Counted from the stretch's first letter, positions 1 to 11,280 are shown. The stretch is 34,737 nt of DNA from Candidatus Hydrogenedentota bacterium (GCA_034669905.1 JAXMOL010000069.1:1-34737); one strand, 5' to 3'. Numbers and translations: made by a program. Notes: generated by a model not told the origin, from the letters alone.

Positions 1-317
1 CACCGACCACGTCACGTTAACCCAGCGGTGCGCACCACGTGGCCCATCCATGAACCTGCCCCCACGACACAAACGAACTAGTCGGGGCTGTGCCCCCTCT
101 ATATAAATCGACGTTGGACTTGAAGCGGGGGACGGCCCAGACGTCCACATGCACCACGCATTTCCAGGCATCCGATTTCGCCAAAACGTGGCTTACTCGT
201 GCCCGAATGTCCACGTCGGTGCCGTCCCCGAAGTTGGTAGTCACCTTCCCGATGCGCTACGGTAGAGGGTGGCGCGACGATGGGGTCGCGACTGAAGCAT
301 CAGGACTCGTCTGACCC

Positions 318-1712
318 ATGAAGAACACAGCTCCCCATTGGTTGTTTTTTCTTTTTCCTGCCGTGGCCATGCTCTTGGGCTGGGGACTGCGGGGTTATAT
401 TGGTGGGGGGCCCTATGGTGCGCTCATGCCGGGGTGTTTCGTGGCCTTGAGCCTGGCATTGCTGCTGGGGTACCGGGTAGAGACGGCGGCTATCGCGACC
501 CTCTTCGGGGCCATCGGTATTGGCTATGGGGGCAACATGACCTACGGGCAGACCCTGGGTTTTCTCCGCGAAACGGATACGGTTTATTGGGGCCTGCTGG
601 GTTGTCTGGTCAAGGGTACGGCGTGGGGGCTCCTCGGTGGTGCCGTCATGGGGATTGGGTTTTCCCGAGACCACTATGCACGTAAGACCGTGTGTATGGG
701 CCTGGTGTTGAGTCTGGTGGCCTATTATGCGGGGGTGTGGCTCATCAACGAGCCCAAGCTCATTTATTTTTCGGACCCGGTAAACAAGCCCCGGGGCGAA
801 TCGTGGGCAGGCATGTATGCGGCCGCGCTGGTCCTTTTGTTGTACTTGAAGACCCAGGGGAGCCGGAAGGCCTTTCAGCTGCCCCTGCACTTTGCACTGT
901 GGGGCGCGCTGGGGGGCGGGATTGGGTTTGCGGGGGGCGCACTCTGGATGGTGATTGGTCCGCTGCTGCCCTTGCCCCAGGCATGGATCGGCTGGTGGAA
1001 GGTCATGGAGTTCTTCTTTGGTTTCTCGCTGGGCGGTGCCTTCGGGTACTGCGCCTATCTCCACCGCGCCGCGCTCTATCAGGCGGGACAGGAGGGCGAT
1101 GCACCCGCGCCGAATGGTAAGGGCGCGTTGGGTTTTGTGGCCTATGTGGTGCTCCTGTTCTTCGGTTTTGCCCTGCTGCGGAACGCCATTTCCTTCACCA
1201 CCATTATGGGGATTGCGGCCCAGGTGCTCTTTGGTTACGTGCTCTTTGCCACGGTGGCCCTGTCCATTGGACTCTACTCCCGACACGCGGCCTGGCAGGC
1301 GGGCATCACCATGGCCTTTTTTCATACGGTGTTGGACTATACCCGTGACCTGAACACGACGGACCACTTTGGCTACACAGCACCTGGCTGGGTGCAGCTT
1401 ACGATAATCGTCCTCCTGTGTGCCCTCGTGGGCTACCTGGTCCATCGCTTTCAGGGGCACGAGCAACCGGTGGCATCCTTATTCCTGTTGGCCATCTGGG
1501 CGTGCTATCTGTCGGGTTGTGCCCGCTCTTTTCTGCACTATGATTACCTCTTCCCGCCGGAAGGGCAGGGGCGCATCGCCTATATTCTCGCGGAGAAATC
1601 AGCCCTGCCCTTTGTTCATCTGACCTTTACAGTGGCCGCACTGTGGTGTACGTGGACCGTCTACACCTACTTCCGACGTCCGGCGGAGGGCGCGTCGGAA
1701 TCATCATCCTGA
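318..1712 (+). CDS. Gly-rich polytopic membrane protein, function unknown
   Basis: 464-aa ORF with many hydrophobic Gly/Ala-rich segments and host-like codon usage; no family recognised. Confidence 0.8.
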   Translation: MKNTAPHWLFFLFPAVAMLLGWGLRGYIGGGPYGALMPGCFVALSLALLLGYRVETAAIATLFGAIGIGYGGNMTYGQTLGFLRETDTVYWGLLGCLVKGTAWGLLGGAVMGIGFSRDHYARKTVCMGLVLSLVAYYAGVWLINEPKLIYFSDPVNKPRGESWAGMYAAALVLLLYLKTQGSRKAFQLPLHFALWGALGGGIGFAGGALWMVIGPLLPLPQAWIGWWKVMEFFFGFSLGGAFGYCAYLHRAALYQAGQEGDAPAPNGKGALGFVAYVVLLFFGFALLRNAISFTTIMGIAAQVLFGYVLFATVALSIGLYSRHAAWQAGITMAFFHTVLDYTRDLNTTDHFGYTAPGWVQLTIIVLLCALVGYLVHRFQGHEQPVASLFLLAIWACYLSGCARSFLHYDYLFPPEGQGRIAYILAEKSALPFVHLTFTVAALWCTWTVYTYFRRPAEGASESSS

Positions 1713-1813
1713 GGGAGAATCCGTGTACTTCACCGGCGGGCCTATGCTAGGCTGACCGTCCAACGGATGGCATGGAGCGCCGTCTGAGTACAACGCGGAG
1801 CAGTGACAGCACG

Positions 1814-2758
<945 letters not shown>

Positions 2759-3052
2759 CATGGCAGGGCACGCTTTGCCCGTCCCTTGGCCAGGAGGTTC
2801 CACAATGGAGCAATGATTGGCCTTCCGGGGAACGATGGCATAAACTATATCGCCCTATAGTATGAAGGTTTTGTAAATTCCACTTATTTGCCTTCGATTT
2901 TCGGGGTTTCTGTGCTACGATCGTTTTTTCGGAGGGCAGGATGACAGCGCGTTTCGTAAAGGTGAACATGATCACGATGCCAGGCGAGTATACGTTTTGT
3001 GATAGAAGCGTAGTGGCTCGGGGCTTCATAGCCCGGACCGAAAGGTAGGAGT

Positions 3053-4618
3053 ATGCGCAATATCTCCGTACTGGCCATTGATGATAATCATATTGATCTG
3101 GAGTCGCTGGATCGGCATCTTCGTGCCTGCAAAGAGTTCAATGTTACGTTCAACGGATTTCAGGATTGGGAATCGGGCCTGAATGCCTTGGTCAATGGTG
3201 CGGCCGATGTCGTATTCCTCGACTATTACATGGAGGAAGTGACCGGCCCGGAGTTATTGGAGAAGATCCAGGAGCGGGCGGAGGGCTGTCCTGTCATCAT
3301 GTTGACGGGGGCGGGCGACGAGGAAACAGCCACAAAAAGTATCTGCTCCGGAGCGGCCGACTATATTCCCAAGAAAAAGCTGTCGCCCGAAGTATTGCGC
3401 CGCTCCATAGAGCGGGTGCACCGGGAGCAGCTGCTGCAGGCCGAAAAACGCTACCTGGAGCGGGCGCACCGGGCGCACCGGCATCTGGAATCATTGGATA
3501 CACTCGCAGGGGGGGTTGCCCACGACTTCAATAATCTGCTTGCGGGAATCCTGGCGAGCGCTGAGTTGGCAACCTTTCACAATCCTTCCAGCGCGGTGGT
3601 GGAAGAATTGGATCGCATCGTGGAGATCGTGGGCTCGGGGAAAGAGTTGGTCCAGCGTCTGCTTCATTTTCAGGCCTTCAACGGACTCAAAGAGGACCTG
3701 AACTACCTGGATATGGGAGAGTTGGTGGCAGATACCTTCTCTCTACTCGCCAATGCGAAGCCACCTGGTGTGCAGCTTCACGTGGCCCGGAATGCTTCTG
3801 ATGCATTGTATGTTCGCGGACGCTCGACCCGGCTTCATCAGATCGTGCTCAACCTCTGTGTGAACGCGATTGACGCCATGGAGCGTACCGGTGAACTGGA
3901 GGTGGCGCTTTATGGGGTCCACATTGACGATGGTGAAAAAGAGAAGCATCGGGGCGTTCCCGCAGGGGACTACGTGCTGCTGTTGTTTTCTGACACGGGT
4001 CCGGGGATCCCACCGGAGATTCAAGAGCGTCTCTTTGAGCCGTTTTTCACGACCAAGGAGGTGGGTGGACGTCGGGGCCGGGGACTGGGACTTTCCAACG
4101 TGTGGGACGCAGTGCGCGAAATGGGCGGTACCATTCGTGTGCATAGCGAGCTGAACGAGGGGACAACTTTCTTCGTCTATTTGCCCAGGGCAGATAACAA
4201 GGAGCGCTTCGAGGCCATCGGCTGCTCGACAGACCGCTGTGGTGGAGAGCATATTCTACTCCTGGACAAAGAGCCGGTGGTCCGGGATACGGTAGGGGGG
4301 CTACTCGCCCAACTTGGGTACCGTGTATACCGGGCAGGAAACCTGGAAGAAGCCCGCGCGGTACTGGATCGGGATGGTTGTCCCATCCACATGGTAATCG
4401 TAGACGGGGACCTTCCCGATGCCGTATTCCGAGAGCGCCTCCGCGCCTTCCAGGCGGCCCCTGCGGGTGGGAAGATTATTTATTCCATGCGATTGACCGA
4501 GCAGAAGGCGGGGGATCCGGACACGGGGCTGGTGGCCGATGGGATCGTGCATAAGCCCTTCCTGATTCGAAATCTCGCCAAAGAGATTCGCAGGGTTCTG
4601 GATCCGGCCCGTACGTGA
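3053..4618 (+). CDS. Hybrid histidine kinase / response regulator (REC-HisKA-HATPase-REC)
   Basis: N-terminal REC (IDD, FLDY, MLTG, DYIPK), H-box AGGVAHDFNNLL, N-box NLCVNAIDAM, DTGPGI, FFTTK, GRGLGLS, C-terminal REC ending HKPF; RBS AGGAG. Confidence 0.93.
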   Translation: MRNISVLAIDDNHIDLESLDRHLRACKEFNVTFNGFQDWESGLNALVNGAADVVFLDYYMEEVTGPELLEKIQERAEGCPVIMLTGAGDEETATKSICSGAADYIPKKKLSPEVLRRSIERVHREQLLQAEKRYLERAHRAHRHLESLDTLAGGVAHDFNNLLAGILASAELATFHNPSSAVVEELDRIVEIVGSGKELVQRLLHFQAFNGLKEDLNYLDMGELVADTFSLLANAKPPGVQLHVARNASDALYVRGRSTRLHQIVLNLCVNAIDAMERTGELEVALYGVHIDDGEKEKHRGVPAGDYVLLLFSDTGPGIPPEIQERLFEPFFTTKEVGGRRGRGLGLSNVWDAVREMGGTIRVHSELNEGTTFFVYLPRADNKERFEAIGCSTDRCGGEHILLLDKEPVVRDTVGGLLAQLGYRVYRAGNLEEARAVLDRDGCPIHMVIVDGDLPDAVFRERLRAFQAAPAGGKIIYSMRLTEQKAGDPDTGLVADGIVHKPFLIRNLAKEIRRVLDPART

Positions 4619-4710
4619 TGAGTCCGTTGCACTGGGTCCTCCTGCCCGTCGTGTGTTAGAGTGTTTTCCAACGCAATCATCGAGGCCCTCAGTCGCAGGA
4701 AAACTATACG

Positions 4711-6030
4711 ATGCCCAAACGTGGTCAACCCTCCTTGCTTGGAGAAAAGCTCGGTCCATACTATATTGAAGATCGCCTGGGACAGGGGGGAATGGGGGCG
4801 GTCTATCTCGCCCGTGATGTGGCGTTGGAGCGCAAGGTGGCCTTGAAGGTGCTCCTGGCCCGTTACGCCGATGATGAGGAGTTCGTGGCCCGGTTTCAAC
4901 GGGAAGCCCGCGCCTCCGCCAAACTGAATCACCCCAATATCGTCCAGATATATACGGTTGACGTGGCCTCCGACCCGCCCTATATGGCCATGGAATATAT
5001 CGAAGGGGAGAATCTCGATTCCCTTATTCGAAGAGAGCGACGATTGGACTGGCAACGGGCACTGGCCTTCGTTGGCCAGGTGGCCTCGGCGCTGGCCTGC
5101 GCCCATGGGGCGGGCATCATTCACCGGGACATCAAGCCCGCCAACGTGCTCGTGGATTCCAGTGGCCGGGCGCGGGTCACGGACTTTGGCATCGCGAAAA
5201 TCGTGGGTTCACAGACCCAGCTCACGGGCACCCAGCACACGGTGGGAAGTCCGAGCTACATGTCGCCCGAGCAGTGCGGCGTCGGTGAGATTGTGCCGGC
5301 CAGTGATCTCTTCTCTCTGGGCATCATGCTTTTCGAAATGATTACGGGTACGGTGCCGTTCAAAGGCGACAGTAGTGTGGTGGTCATGCGAAAGATCGCG
5401 GATGAGGATGTGCCGCCCCTTTCGAGCGTGGTCGATAATATCCCGTCGGCGGTGGAGCAGATTCTTCGTACCCTCACCGCGCGGGACGTTTCGGTGCGTT
5501 ATCAGACAGCCAGCCAGGTGATAGAAGATTTACGGGCCCTGCAGGCCGGGAATACCATGGATCATATGCAGGCACTGGCATTACAGCGGGCGGCCCATGC
5601 GCCAGCCAGCGAAACCGCCAGCGAGTTGACGCGCAGCCCGACCGGAAAGACCATCACGCTCAATGACTCGCTGGTGGAAGATCTGCTGGACGGTACGGAG
5701 TCGCGGGTAAAGCCGACCCCCGTTCGGCGAGCGCCCGATATGCCTTGGACCGGTTTACTGATCACGGGACTGATCGTGGTGCTGGGTGTGCTCGCCATGC
5801 TGTACTACAAGGGCTGGGAAGCGAGTCGACGCATGAACCCGACTTCGGCCTCCCCGTCGCAGGGAGGTCCGGGGCCCCAGTCGCCCCCAGCGGGACATCT
5901 GCCTCCACCCGGGATTCACCCACAGCCGGGAGAAGGCTTCGGTCCACCACCTCCCGGGGGGCGGCGCCCACCGCCCCGTGACGGACGGCGCCCGCCACCT
6001 CCCGGAGCTCCTTCACCTTCATCGGAATAA
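4711..6030 (+). CDS. Hanks-type Ser/Thr protein kinase with a TM helix and Pro-rich C-terminal tail
   Basis: LGQGGMGAVY, VALK, HRDIKPAN, DFG, YMSPEQ, SDLFSLG; TM segment WTGLLITGLIVVLGVLAMLYY; Pro/Gly-rich tail. Confidence 0.95.
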   Translation: MPKRGQPSLLGEKLGPYYIEDRLGQGGMGAVYLARDVALERKVALKVLLARYADDEEFVARFQREARASAKLNHPNIVQIYTVDVASDPPYMAMEYIEGENLDSLIRRERRLDWQRALAFVGQVASALACAHGAGIIHRDIKPANVLVDSSGRARVTDFGIAKIVGSQTQLTGTQHTVGSPSYMSPEQCGVGEIVPASDLFSLGIMLFEMITGTVPFKGDSSVVVMRKIADEDVPPLSSVVDNIPSAVEQILRTLTARDVSVRYQTASQVIEDLRALQAGNTMDHMQALALQRAAHAPASETASELTRSPTGKTITLNDSLVEDLLDGTESRVKPTPVRRAPDMPWTGLLITGLIVVLGVLAMLYYKGWEASRRMNPTSASPSQGGPGPQSPPAGHLPPPGIHPQPGEGFGPPPPGGRRPPPRDGRRPPPPGAPSPSSE

Positions 6031-6078
6031 TTGACCCCAAGCGGGCCCCATGGCCCGCGCTCAACGGAAACAGGAAGT

Positions 6079-6405
6079 ATGATGCAAAGTTGTACCGTTA
6101 CGGAATTACACCAGGAACTCCAATCGCCAGATGCCCCGCTTCTATTAGACGTGCGGACGGCAGAGGAACTGCAGATAGCCCATATTGATGGGGCGCACCA
6201 TATCGTGCTGGATGCCTTGCCTGCCCGCCTGGGCGAGCTGGAGGATTGGAAAGACAAGGACATTGTTTGCATGTGCCACCACGGCATGCGGTCGGCCCAC
6301 GCACAGCAGATTCTGTTGTCCAACGGCTTTACCCGGGTGCGAAATCTGACTGGGGGGATCCACGCGTGGTCGGTGGAGATTGACCCGGAGGTCGCGCAAT
6401 ACTGA
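6079..6405 (+). CDS. Single-domain rhodanese (sulfurtransferase)
   Basis: LLDVRT, HIDGA, active-site loop CHHGMRS, NLTGGIHAW; ATG 6079/6082 follows AGGAAG. Confidence 0.92.
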   Translation: MMQSCTVTELHQELQSPDAPLLLDVRTAEELQIAHIDGAHHIVLDALPARLGELEDWKDKDIVCMCHHGMRSAHAQQILLSNGFTRVRNLTGGIHAWSVEIDPEVAQY

Positions 6406-6486
6406 CCAATACCGTCGGGTGACACTGTTTAGTGGCCTGCTGCGAATGGACTTCAGGCAGGATGGAACACGACCCAAGGAGTGTAC

Positions 6487-7704
6487 ATGGCGGCCCGAGC
6501 AGTCAGTCAGTCGACGACGAAGGATGGGATTCCGCGGCCGTCGTTGCCCGAAACGGGTCTTGCGGAGGTTGCTTCCCGACACGTTTGGGACGTCGTCGTC
6601 GTGGGGGCCGGTATTGCCGGGGCGACCATCGCGCAGTTGCTCGCGGGGCATGGGTGTGCCGTGCTGCTGGTGGAGAAAAAGGCCTTTCCGCGCTACAAGG
6701 TATGCGGTTGCTGCCTGAACCTCCGCAGTCTTCGTTATCTGGAAGCGTTGGGGCTGACCGACCGCCTGGACCGGCTTGGGGCGCCGCTCCTGGATTCTGT
6801 TGCGCTGCATGCCGGGGGCTACAGCGCCCAGGTGGATTTGCCGGGGGGCCGTGCCCTTTCCCGAAGCCAGTTGGATTCCATCCTGGTGGAAGCGGCGTGC
6901 TCCGCTGGGGCGGATTGGCTGCCGGAGACGGTGGCGACCCTGGACCGCGATGTGGACCCCACGGGCAGAAGCGTTCACTTGACCCGGGATGGTGAGACCG
7001 TGTCGGTCCGGGCACGCCTTGTGATTGCCGCCGATGGACTTGGGGGCAGTCTTTTCGAAAGCGGGTCAGGGCTCGGTGCCATGATCGCACCGTCCAGCCG
7101 GATTGGATTGGGCGCCCTGGCTTCGGAGAGCCATAATCGGCTCCCGGCAGGAATCATTCAGATGTACTGCGGTAAGCAGGGATATGTCGGTGCCGTGGTG
7201 GTCGAGGGAGGCGCTGTCGATCTGGCGGCGAGTGTTCAACGAGAAGCGCTTCGTGAATCCGGGGGACCCGCCGCATGCATCGCGACGATATTTGACGAGG
7301 CCGGCCAGAAGCCGCCGGTAATCCTTGAGGAACTGGGGTGGCGTGGTACGCCTCCATTAACCCGTCGCAGTCGGGGTATCCATGCAGAACGGCTGGTGGT
7401 ATTGGGGGATGCGGCAGGCTATATCGAGCCCTTTACCGGCGAAGGAATGGCGTGGGCTTTCGAAAGCGCCTTTCAACTGAAGGCTCACCTGGAAGGACGG
7501 GAGGTCGCGGCGTGGGGCGAAGGGGTGCAGTCCTGGGCACGGGCATGTAACAATGGTCGTGGTAACAGGCACTTGTGGTGCAGGAGTATTTCTGCGGGAT
7601 TACGCCAGCCCGCGCTTACGTCTATGGCCGTACGGCTACTGGCCCGCGTGCCCTCGCTGTGCCAACCTGTTGTTAGTGGATTAAACCGAATCGCCAGGAG
7701 TTAG
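6487..7704 (+). CDS. FAD-dependent oxidoreductase/monooxygenase (geranylgeranyl reductase/FixC-like)
   Basis: VVVGAGIAG, EKKAFPRYKVCGCCL, IAADG, GDAAGYIEPFTGEGM; RBS AAGGAG before ATG 6487. Confidence 0.9.
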   Translation: MAARAVSQSTTKDGIPRPSLPETGLAEVASRHVWDVVVVGAGIAGATIAQLLAGHGCAVLLVEKKAFPRYKVCGCCLNLRSLRYLEALGLTDRLDRLGAPLLDSVALHAGGYSAQVDLPGGRALSRSQLDSILVEAACSAGADWLPETVATLDRDVDPTGRSVHLTRDGETVSVRARLVIAADGLGGSLFESGSGLGAMIAPSSRIGLGALASESHNRLPAGIIQMYCGKQGYVGAVVVEGGAVDLAASVQREALRESGGPAACIATIFDEAGQKPPVILEELGWRGTPPLTRRSRGIHAERLVVLGDAAGYIEPFTGEGMAWAFESAFQLKAHLEGREVAAWGEGVQSWARACNNGRGNRHLWCRSISAGLRQPALTSMAVRLLARVPSLCQPVVSGLNRIARS

Positions 7705-7705
7705 C

Positions 7706-8875
7706 ATGTCCGATACCGCGTCGCCCGAAGAAGTTGTCTCCACCGCGCCCCGTCCTGAAACGTTCCAAACACCGGTCCCCCGGGGTAAAATGTATATTGC
7801 CGGTCTGGGTACGGCGCTTCCGCCCTGCTCCATCCAGCAGGATGCCGCCGCGAAGATGGCCACCGGGCTTCGCGACTACGACGCCGATCAAAAGCGTCGA
7901 ATTGAGAAACTCTACGGGCTTACCCGGGTTGCTCAGCGCCACTGTGTTGTGCTGGACCACAATGGGAGCGGGGAGACGGAGCAACAGTTTTTTGAGCCGG
8001 CCAACGGAACCGGAGGGCTTGGCCCCCGGCTGAGTCGGCGGATGGAGCGCTATGAGGAAGCGGCGCCCCAGTTGGCCCTTGAAGCGGCCAGGAAGGCGAT
8101 GCAGGCTGGCGACATTGCGCCCGAATCCATCACCCACCTCATTACCGTTTCGTGCAGTGGGTTTACGGCGCCCGGAGTTGATGTGTTTCTCATTCGTCAC
8201 CTGGGATTGCCTGCGACGACCCAGCGCACCCACGTGGGATTCATGGGCTGCCACGGTGCCATGAATGCCGTTCGTGTGGCCCACGGTTATCTGGGGAACA
8301 TGCCCGCCGCGCGGGTGCTGGTGGTGGCGGTGGAGCTGTGCAGTCTCCACTATCAATACAGCACTGACGATGAGACCAATCTCGCCAATGGCCTGTTCAG
8401 TGACGGGGCGGCGGCCCTCGTGGCTACCGGGGACGTGCCAGAGCGAGGTCCCCGTTGGCAATGTGTGGACTCCGGTTCCTGTATATTGCCGGATTCCGAA
8501 GCGGCCATGACGTGGAAAATACGGGACCATGGTTTCCAGATGACCTTGAGCCGGGAAGTGCCCATTGCGATCAAGGCCCATCTGCTGCCCTGGATGACCA
8601 CCTGGCTCGCACGCAATGGACTGACGGTGGAGGAGGTGGCAAGTTGGGCGGTCCATCCCGGCGGTCCGGCCATCCTGCAGGGGGTGCAATCGGCCCTTTC
8701 GCTTAAGCATGACGACCTGAAGGCATCGTGGAATGTCTTGCGGGACTGTGGGAACATGTCGTCCCCAACGGTACTGTTTGTCATGGACGCGATGCGCCGT
8801 GCGTCGGCACCCATGCCGTGTGTGGCCTTGGGCTTTGGCCCGGGGTTGGCCGCTGAAGCGACGCTCTGGCGCTGA
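7706..8875 (+). CDS. Type III polyketide synthase (chalcone/stilbene synthase family)
   Basis: Catalytic Cys (FMGCHG), His (VHPGG) and Asn (GNMSS); VELCSLH, LFSDGAAA, GFGPG; RBS AGGAG. Confidence 0.95.
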   Translation: MSDTASPEEVVSTAPRPETFQTPVPRGKMYIAGLGTALPPCSIQQDAAAKMATGLRDYDADQKRRIEKLYGLTRVAQRHCVVLDHNGSGETEQQFFEPANGTGGLGPRLSRRMERYEEAAPQLALEAARKAMQAGDIAPESITHLITVSCSGFTAPGVDVFLIRHLGLPATTQRTHVGFMGCHGAMNAVRVAHGYLGNMPAARVLVVAVELCSLHYQYSTDDETNLANGLFSDGAAALVATGDVPERGPRWQCVDSGSCILPDSEAAMTWKIRDHGFQMTLSREVPIAIKAHLLPWMTTWLARNGLTVEEVASWAVHPGGPAILQGVQSALSLKHDDLKASWNVLRDCGNMSSPTVLFVMDAMRRASAPMPCVALGFGPGLAAEATLWR

Positions 8876-8910
8876 GCGTTCCTACCTCTTACCAGGTCTG
8901 AAGGAGTCTC

Positions 8911-9627
8911 ATGTTTCAATGTTTAGCCCACCGACGTCCCGCTCCGGAGGTGATGGATAGCGAAGAAATCGAACGTGACGCCCTGGAAGGCGCGCTGAAG
9001 GGGTTGATGCGGATGAATGCCGTGGGCAACGGCGTGGGCATCTTCTGGCCTACCCTTCATGGCCTGTTGGAACAGCGTGGGAGGGCCGCCGCGCCCCTCC
9101 GCGTGCTCGACGTGGGCTGTGGGGGCGGTGACCTTGCCTGCAAACTGACCCGTCGGGCGCGAAAAGCGGGGTTCGAGATGCAAGTCGACGGATGTGACCG
9201 GAGTGTGGTGGCCGTCGAAATGGCCCGTGAAGTTAATGAACGTGCGGGTGTTGCGGGCCAGTTTTTCGTGCTGGACGTGGAGTCAGATCCGATGCCGGAG
9301 GGGTACGATGTGCTGTTTACGTCGTTGTTCCTTCACCATCTGACGGAAGACGCGGCACGGAATCTGCTCCGGGGCATGGCGACGGCGGCGAAATCGATGG
9401 TCTTGGTGAGCGACCTGATTCGCTCTCGATTCGGCTTGTTTCTGGTCTACCTCGCCACACGGACCCTGACCCAATCGCCCGTGGTCCACACCGACGGTGT
9501 AACGTCACTTCGTGCGGCCTATTCCCTGGAGGAAATCGGGACCTTGCTCGAGGATATCGAACTCGGCGATGGGAAGCTCGAGCGTCGTTGGCCCGAGCGC
9601 TTCTTGTGGACCTACCGCAGTGACTGA
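8911..9627 (+). CDS. Class I SAM-dependent methyltransferase associated with the type III PKS
   Basis: VLDVGCGGGD motif I, SLFLHH, SDLIRS; RBS AAGGAG. Confidence 0.9.
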   Translation: MFQCLAHRRPAPEVMDSEEIERDALEGALKGLMRMNAVGNGVGIFWPTLHGLLEQRGRAAAPLRVLDVGCGGGDLACKLTRRARKAGFEMQVDGCDRSVVAVEMAREVNERAGVAGQFFVLDVESDPMPEGYDVLFTSLFLHHLTEDAARNLLRGMATAAKSMVLVSDLIRSRFGLFLVYLATRTLTQSPVVHTDGVTSLRAAYSLEEIGTLLEDIELGDGKLERRWPERFLWTYRSD

Positions 9628-9664
9628 CGTGCCGGGGAGTGTCCCTCGCTGATATACTGAAGGC

Positions 9665-10669
9665 ATGTCGAGAATCGGTCGCCCCAGAATAGTTTTGAGC
9701 CTTCGCAATGCTGCGAAGGCGCTTTGTGTCGCGCTCGGGCTCCTGTGGGGGGGCCATGTTTCCGCGGGAGAAACGGACCAGTTCCTCACGTGGGATATTG
9801 AGCTGCGGGATAGTTCGGGGGCGTTTAATGCCTTTCTCGACAAAGAGATTCGAGACTTCGTCACCCGGTCCAATGAGAAAACCCGCTGTACCGAGGAGGT
9901 GAATCTTTTTACGGAGTCCCTGTTTCGCCACCTGTTCCAGGGCTTGCACGCCTCCCGGGTCCGACGCTGGCTGAAGCGCAGCGATGCGGTGGAGCGATTT
10001 CCGGCCAATGATGTCTCTGATTTTGCCTATCAGCGGCAGAGTATTTTCCGGCGGCCCGCCTTCCCCTTTGTCTTGCCCATGGCCCAGACCATCCGGATTG
10101 GTGAGGTCTATTGCGGGATCGACAAAATCGGGCACATGCTGGGCTTCGGCAGACGCTATCATCAGATTTATCAACGGCACCGAAGTGCGGGATTATCTGA
10201 CGAGGAAGCGCTGGAAAAAACCATCAGGTGGGGGCTGCAGCACGAATCGAGTGTGGTCGGCAAGCTGGTGGACGGTATCTTCTCCCATGGCGACCTGGAG
10301 GCCAACTACCAGGGCCTGCGTCTGGCACTGGCCTTCAGCAGTGGGCCGTCTCCGTTGTTTTATCGTGAGGCAGGAAAATGGGTGTATCGCGGCGGACTTG
10401 ATATCCGGGACTTCATTACGCCTGACTTTGATGAGTCCTATAATCTGAACCACTACGCGACCTGGCGCCATAAACAGGTGGCACCAGAGCTTTCGCTTCA
10501 CTACGGTGATGGCGCGACGGGGCCGATTGTGCGGCAGCGATTCGCGCGGTATCGGCAGGGTTGGACGCCCAGTCGTTCCAAGGAAATTATCGATGCCTAT
10601 TTCATCGACCGTGGAGAAAATCCCCAACATCTCTGTTGGGTGGACAGGAATTGCAATGCAGCTACCTGA
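9665..10669 (+). CDS. Hypothetical exported protein with DKxxH...DxxAN motifs
   Basis: 334-aa ORF; signal-peptide-like N-terminus (LCVALGLLWGGHVSA-GE); GIDKIGH and GDLEANYQG motifs. Confidence 0.7.
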   Translation: MSRIGRPRIVLSLRNAAKALCVALGLLWGGHVSAGETDQFLTWDIELRDSSGAFNAFLDKEIRDFVTRSNEKTRCTEEVNLFTESLFRHLFQGLHASRVRRWLKRSDAVERFPANDVSDFAYQRQSIFRRPAFPFVLPMAQTIRIGEVYCGIDKIGHMLGFGRRYHQIYQRHRSAGLSDEEALEKTIRWGLQHESSVVGKLVDGIFSHGDLEANYQGLRLALAFSSGPSPLFYREAGKWVYRGGLDIRDFITPDFDESYNLNHYATWRHKQVAPELSLHYGDGATGPIVRQRFARYRQGWTPSRSKEIIDAYFIDRGENPQHLCWVDRNCNAAT

Positions 10670-11243
10670 AGGTTTTGTAGAAATTGACGGAGTCGTGGTG
10701 GACGTGCCCGCGCTGATGAAGTTGAAGCACTATTGCGACCCGAATCTTTGTAAGAATAAGCGCTACTGCTGCGCGAACTATGAGATTACCCTGGACAAGG
10801 CCGACATGGAACGGGCCGTGGGACTCATGCCCGAGGCCGCGAAATTTGCACCGGAAGTGGGGGAGGATGGGGAATTCGAAAACCCCTTCGAGAAAGTCGA
10901 GCCGGGCCGCTGGGCGATGGATTGCCATGAGGAGTCGGGCGCCTGCGCATTTTCCTTTCGGGACAAAGACGGATGCGGGTGGTGTTCCCTGCATGCCGCG
11001 GCCCTCGCGCAAGACCTGGACCCCTATGCCGAAAAGCCGGAAGTGTGCACCATGTGGCCCCTGGCGATTTCCGAAGGAGAAAACCAGGTGCTGTCCATTC
11101 AGGATGATGTCTATAGTTTTCCGTGTGCCTGGAAACGCCGCGGCACACCGAAGGCTCTTTACCCGGATATCGCCGCCAATGTGGAAGCTATATTCGGGAA
11201 AGCATTTCGCGAGAAGCTGGAGGCGGCCATCGCGGGGGATTGA
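10656..11243 (+). CDS. Cys-cluster protein (DUF3109/YkgJ-like)
   Basis: CDPNLCKNKRYCC, GACAF, CSLH, KPEVCTMWP; start at ATG 10656 (MQLPEG) overlaps the upstream stop. Confidence 0.75.
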   Translation: MQLPEGFVEIDGVVVDVPALMKLKHYCDPNLCKNKRYCCANYEITLDKADMERAVGLMPEAAKFAPEVGEDGEFENPFEKVEPGRWAMDCHEESGACAFSFRDKDGCGWCSLHAAALAQDLDPYAEKPEVCTMWPLAISEGENQVLSIQDDVYSFPCAWKRRGTPKALYPDIAANVEAIFGKAFREKLEAAIAGD

Positions 11244-11280
11244 GTCGGGGCCCGGCCCTTCCATAAGTCGTAAGAGCAAT

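Noticed and set aside
1..317. Short ORFs 17-244(-) and 90-314(+)
   Set aside because: No recognisable motifs or RBS; all plus-strand frames contain early stops. Left unannotated; it could be non-coding or degraded sequence.
3461..3478. 9-bp tandem duplication CGGGCGCAC (RAHRAH) in the His-kinase linker
   Set aside because: In-frame, only two copies; no evidence of phase variation.
5860..6030. GRRPPP repeats in the kinase tail
   Set aside because: Low-complexity coding sequence, not a DNA repeat element.
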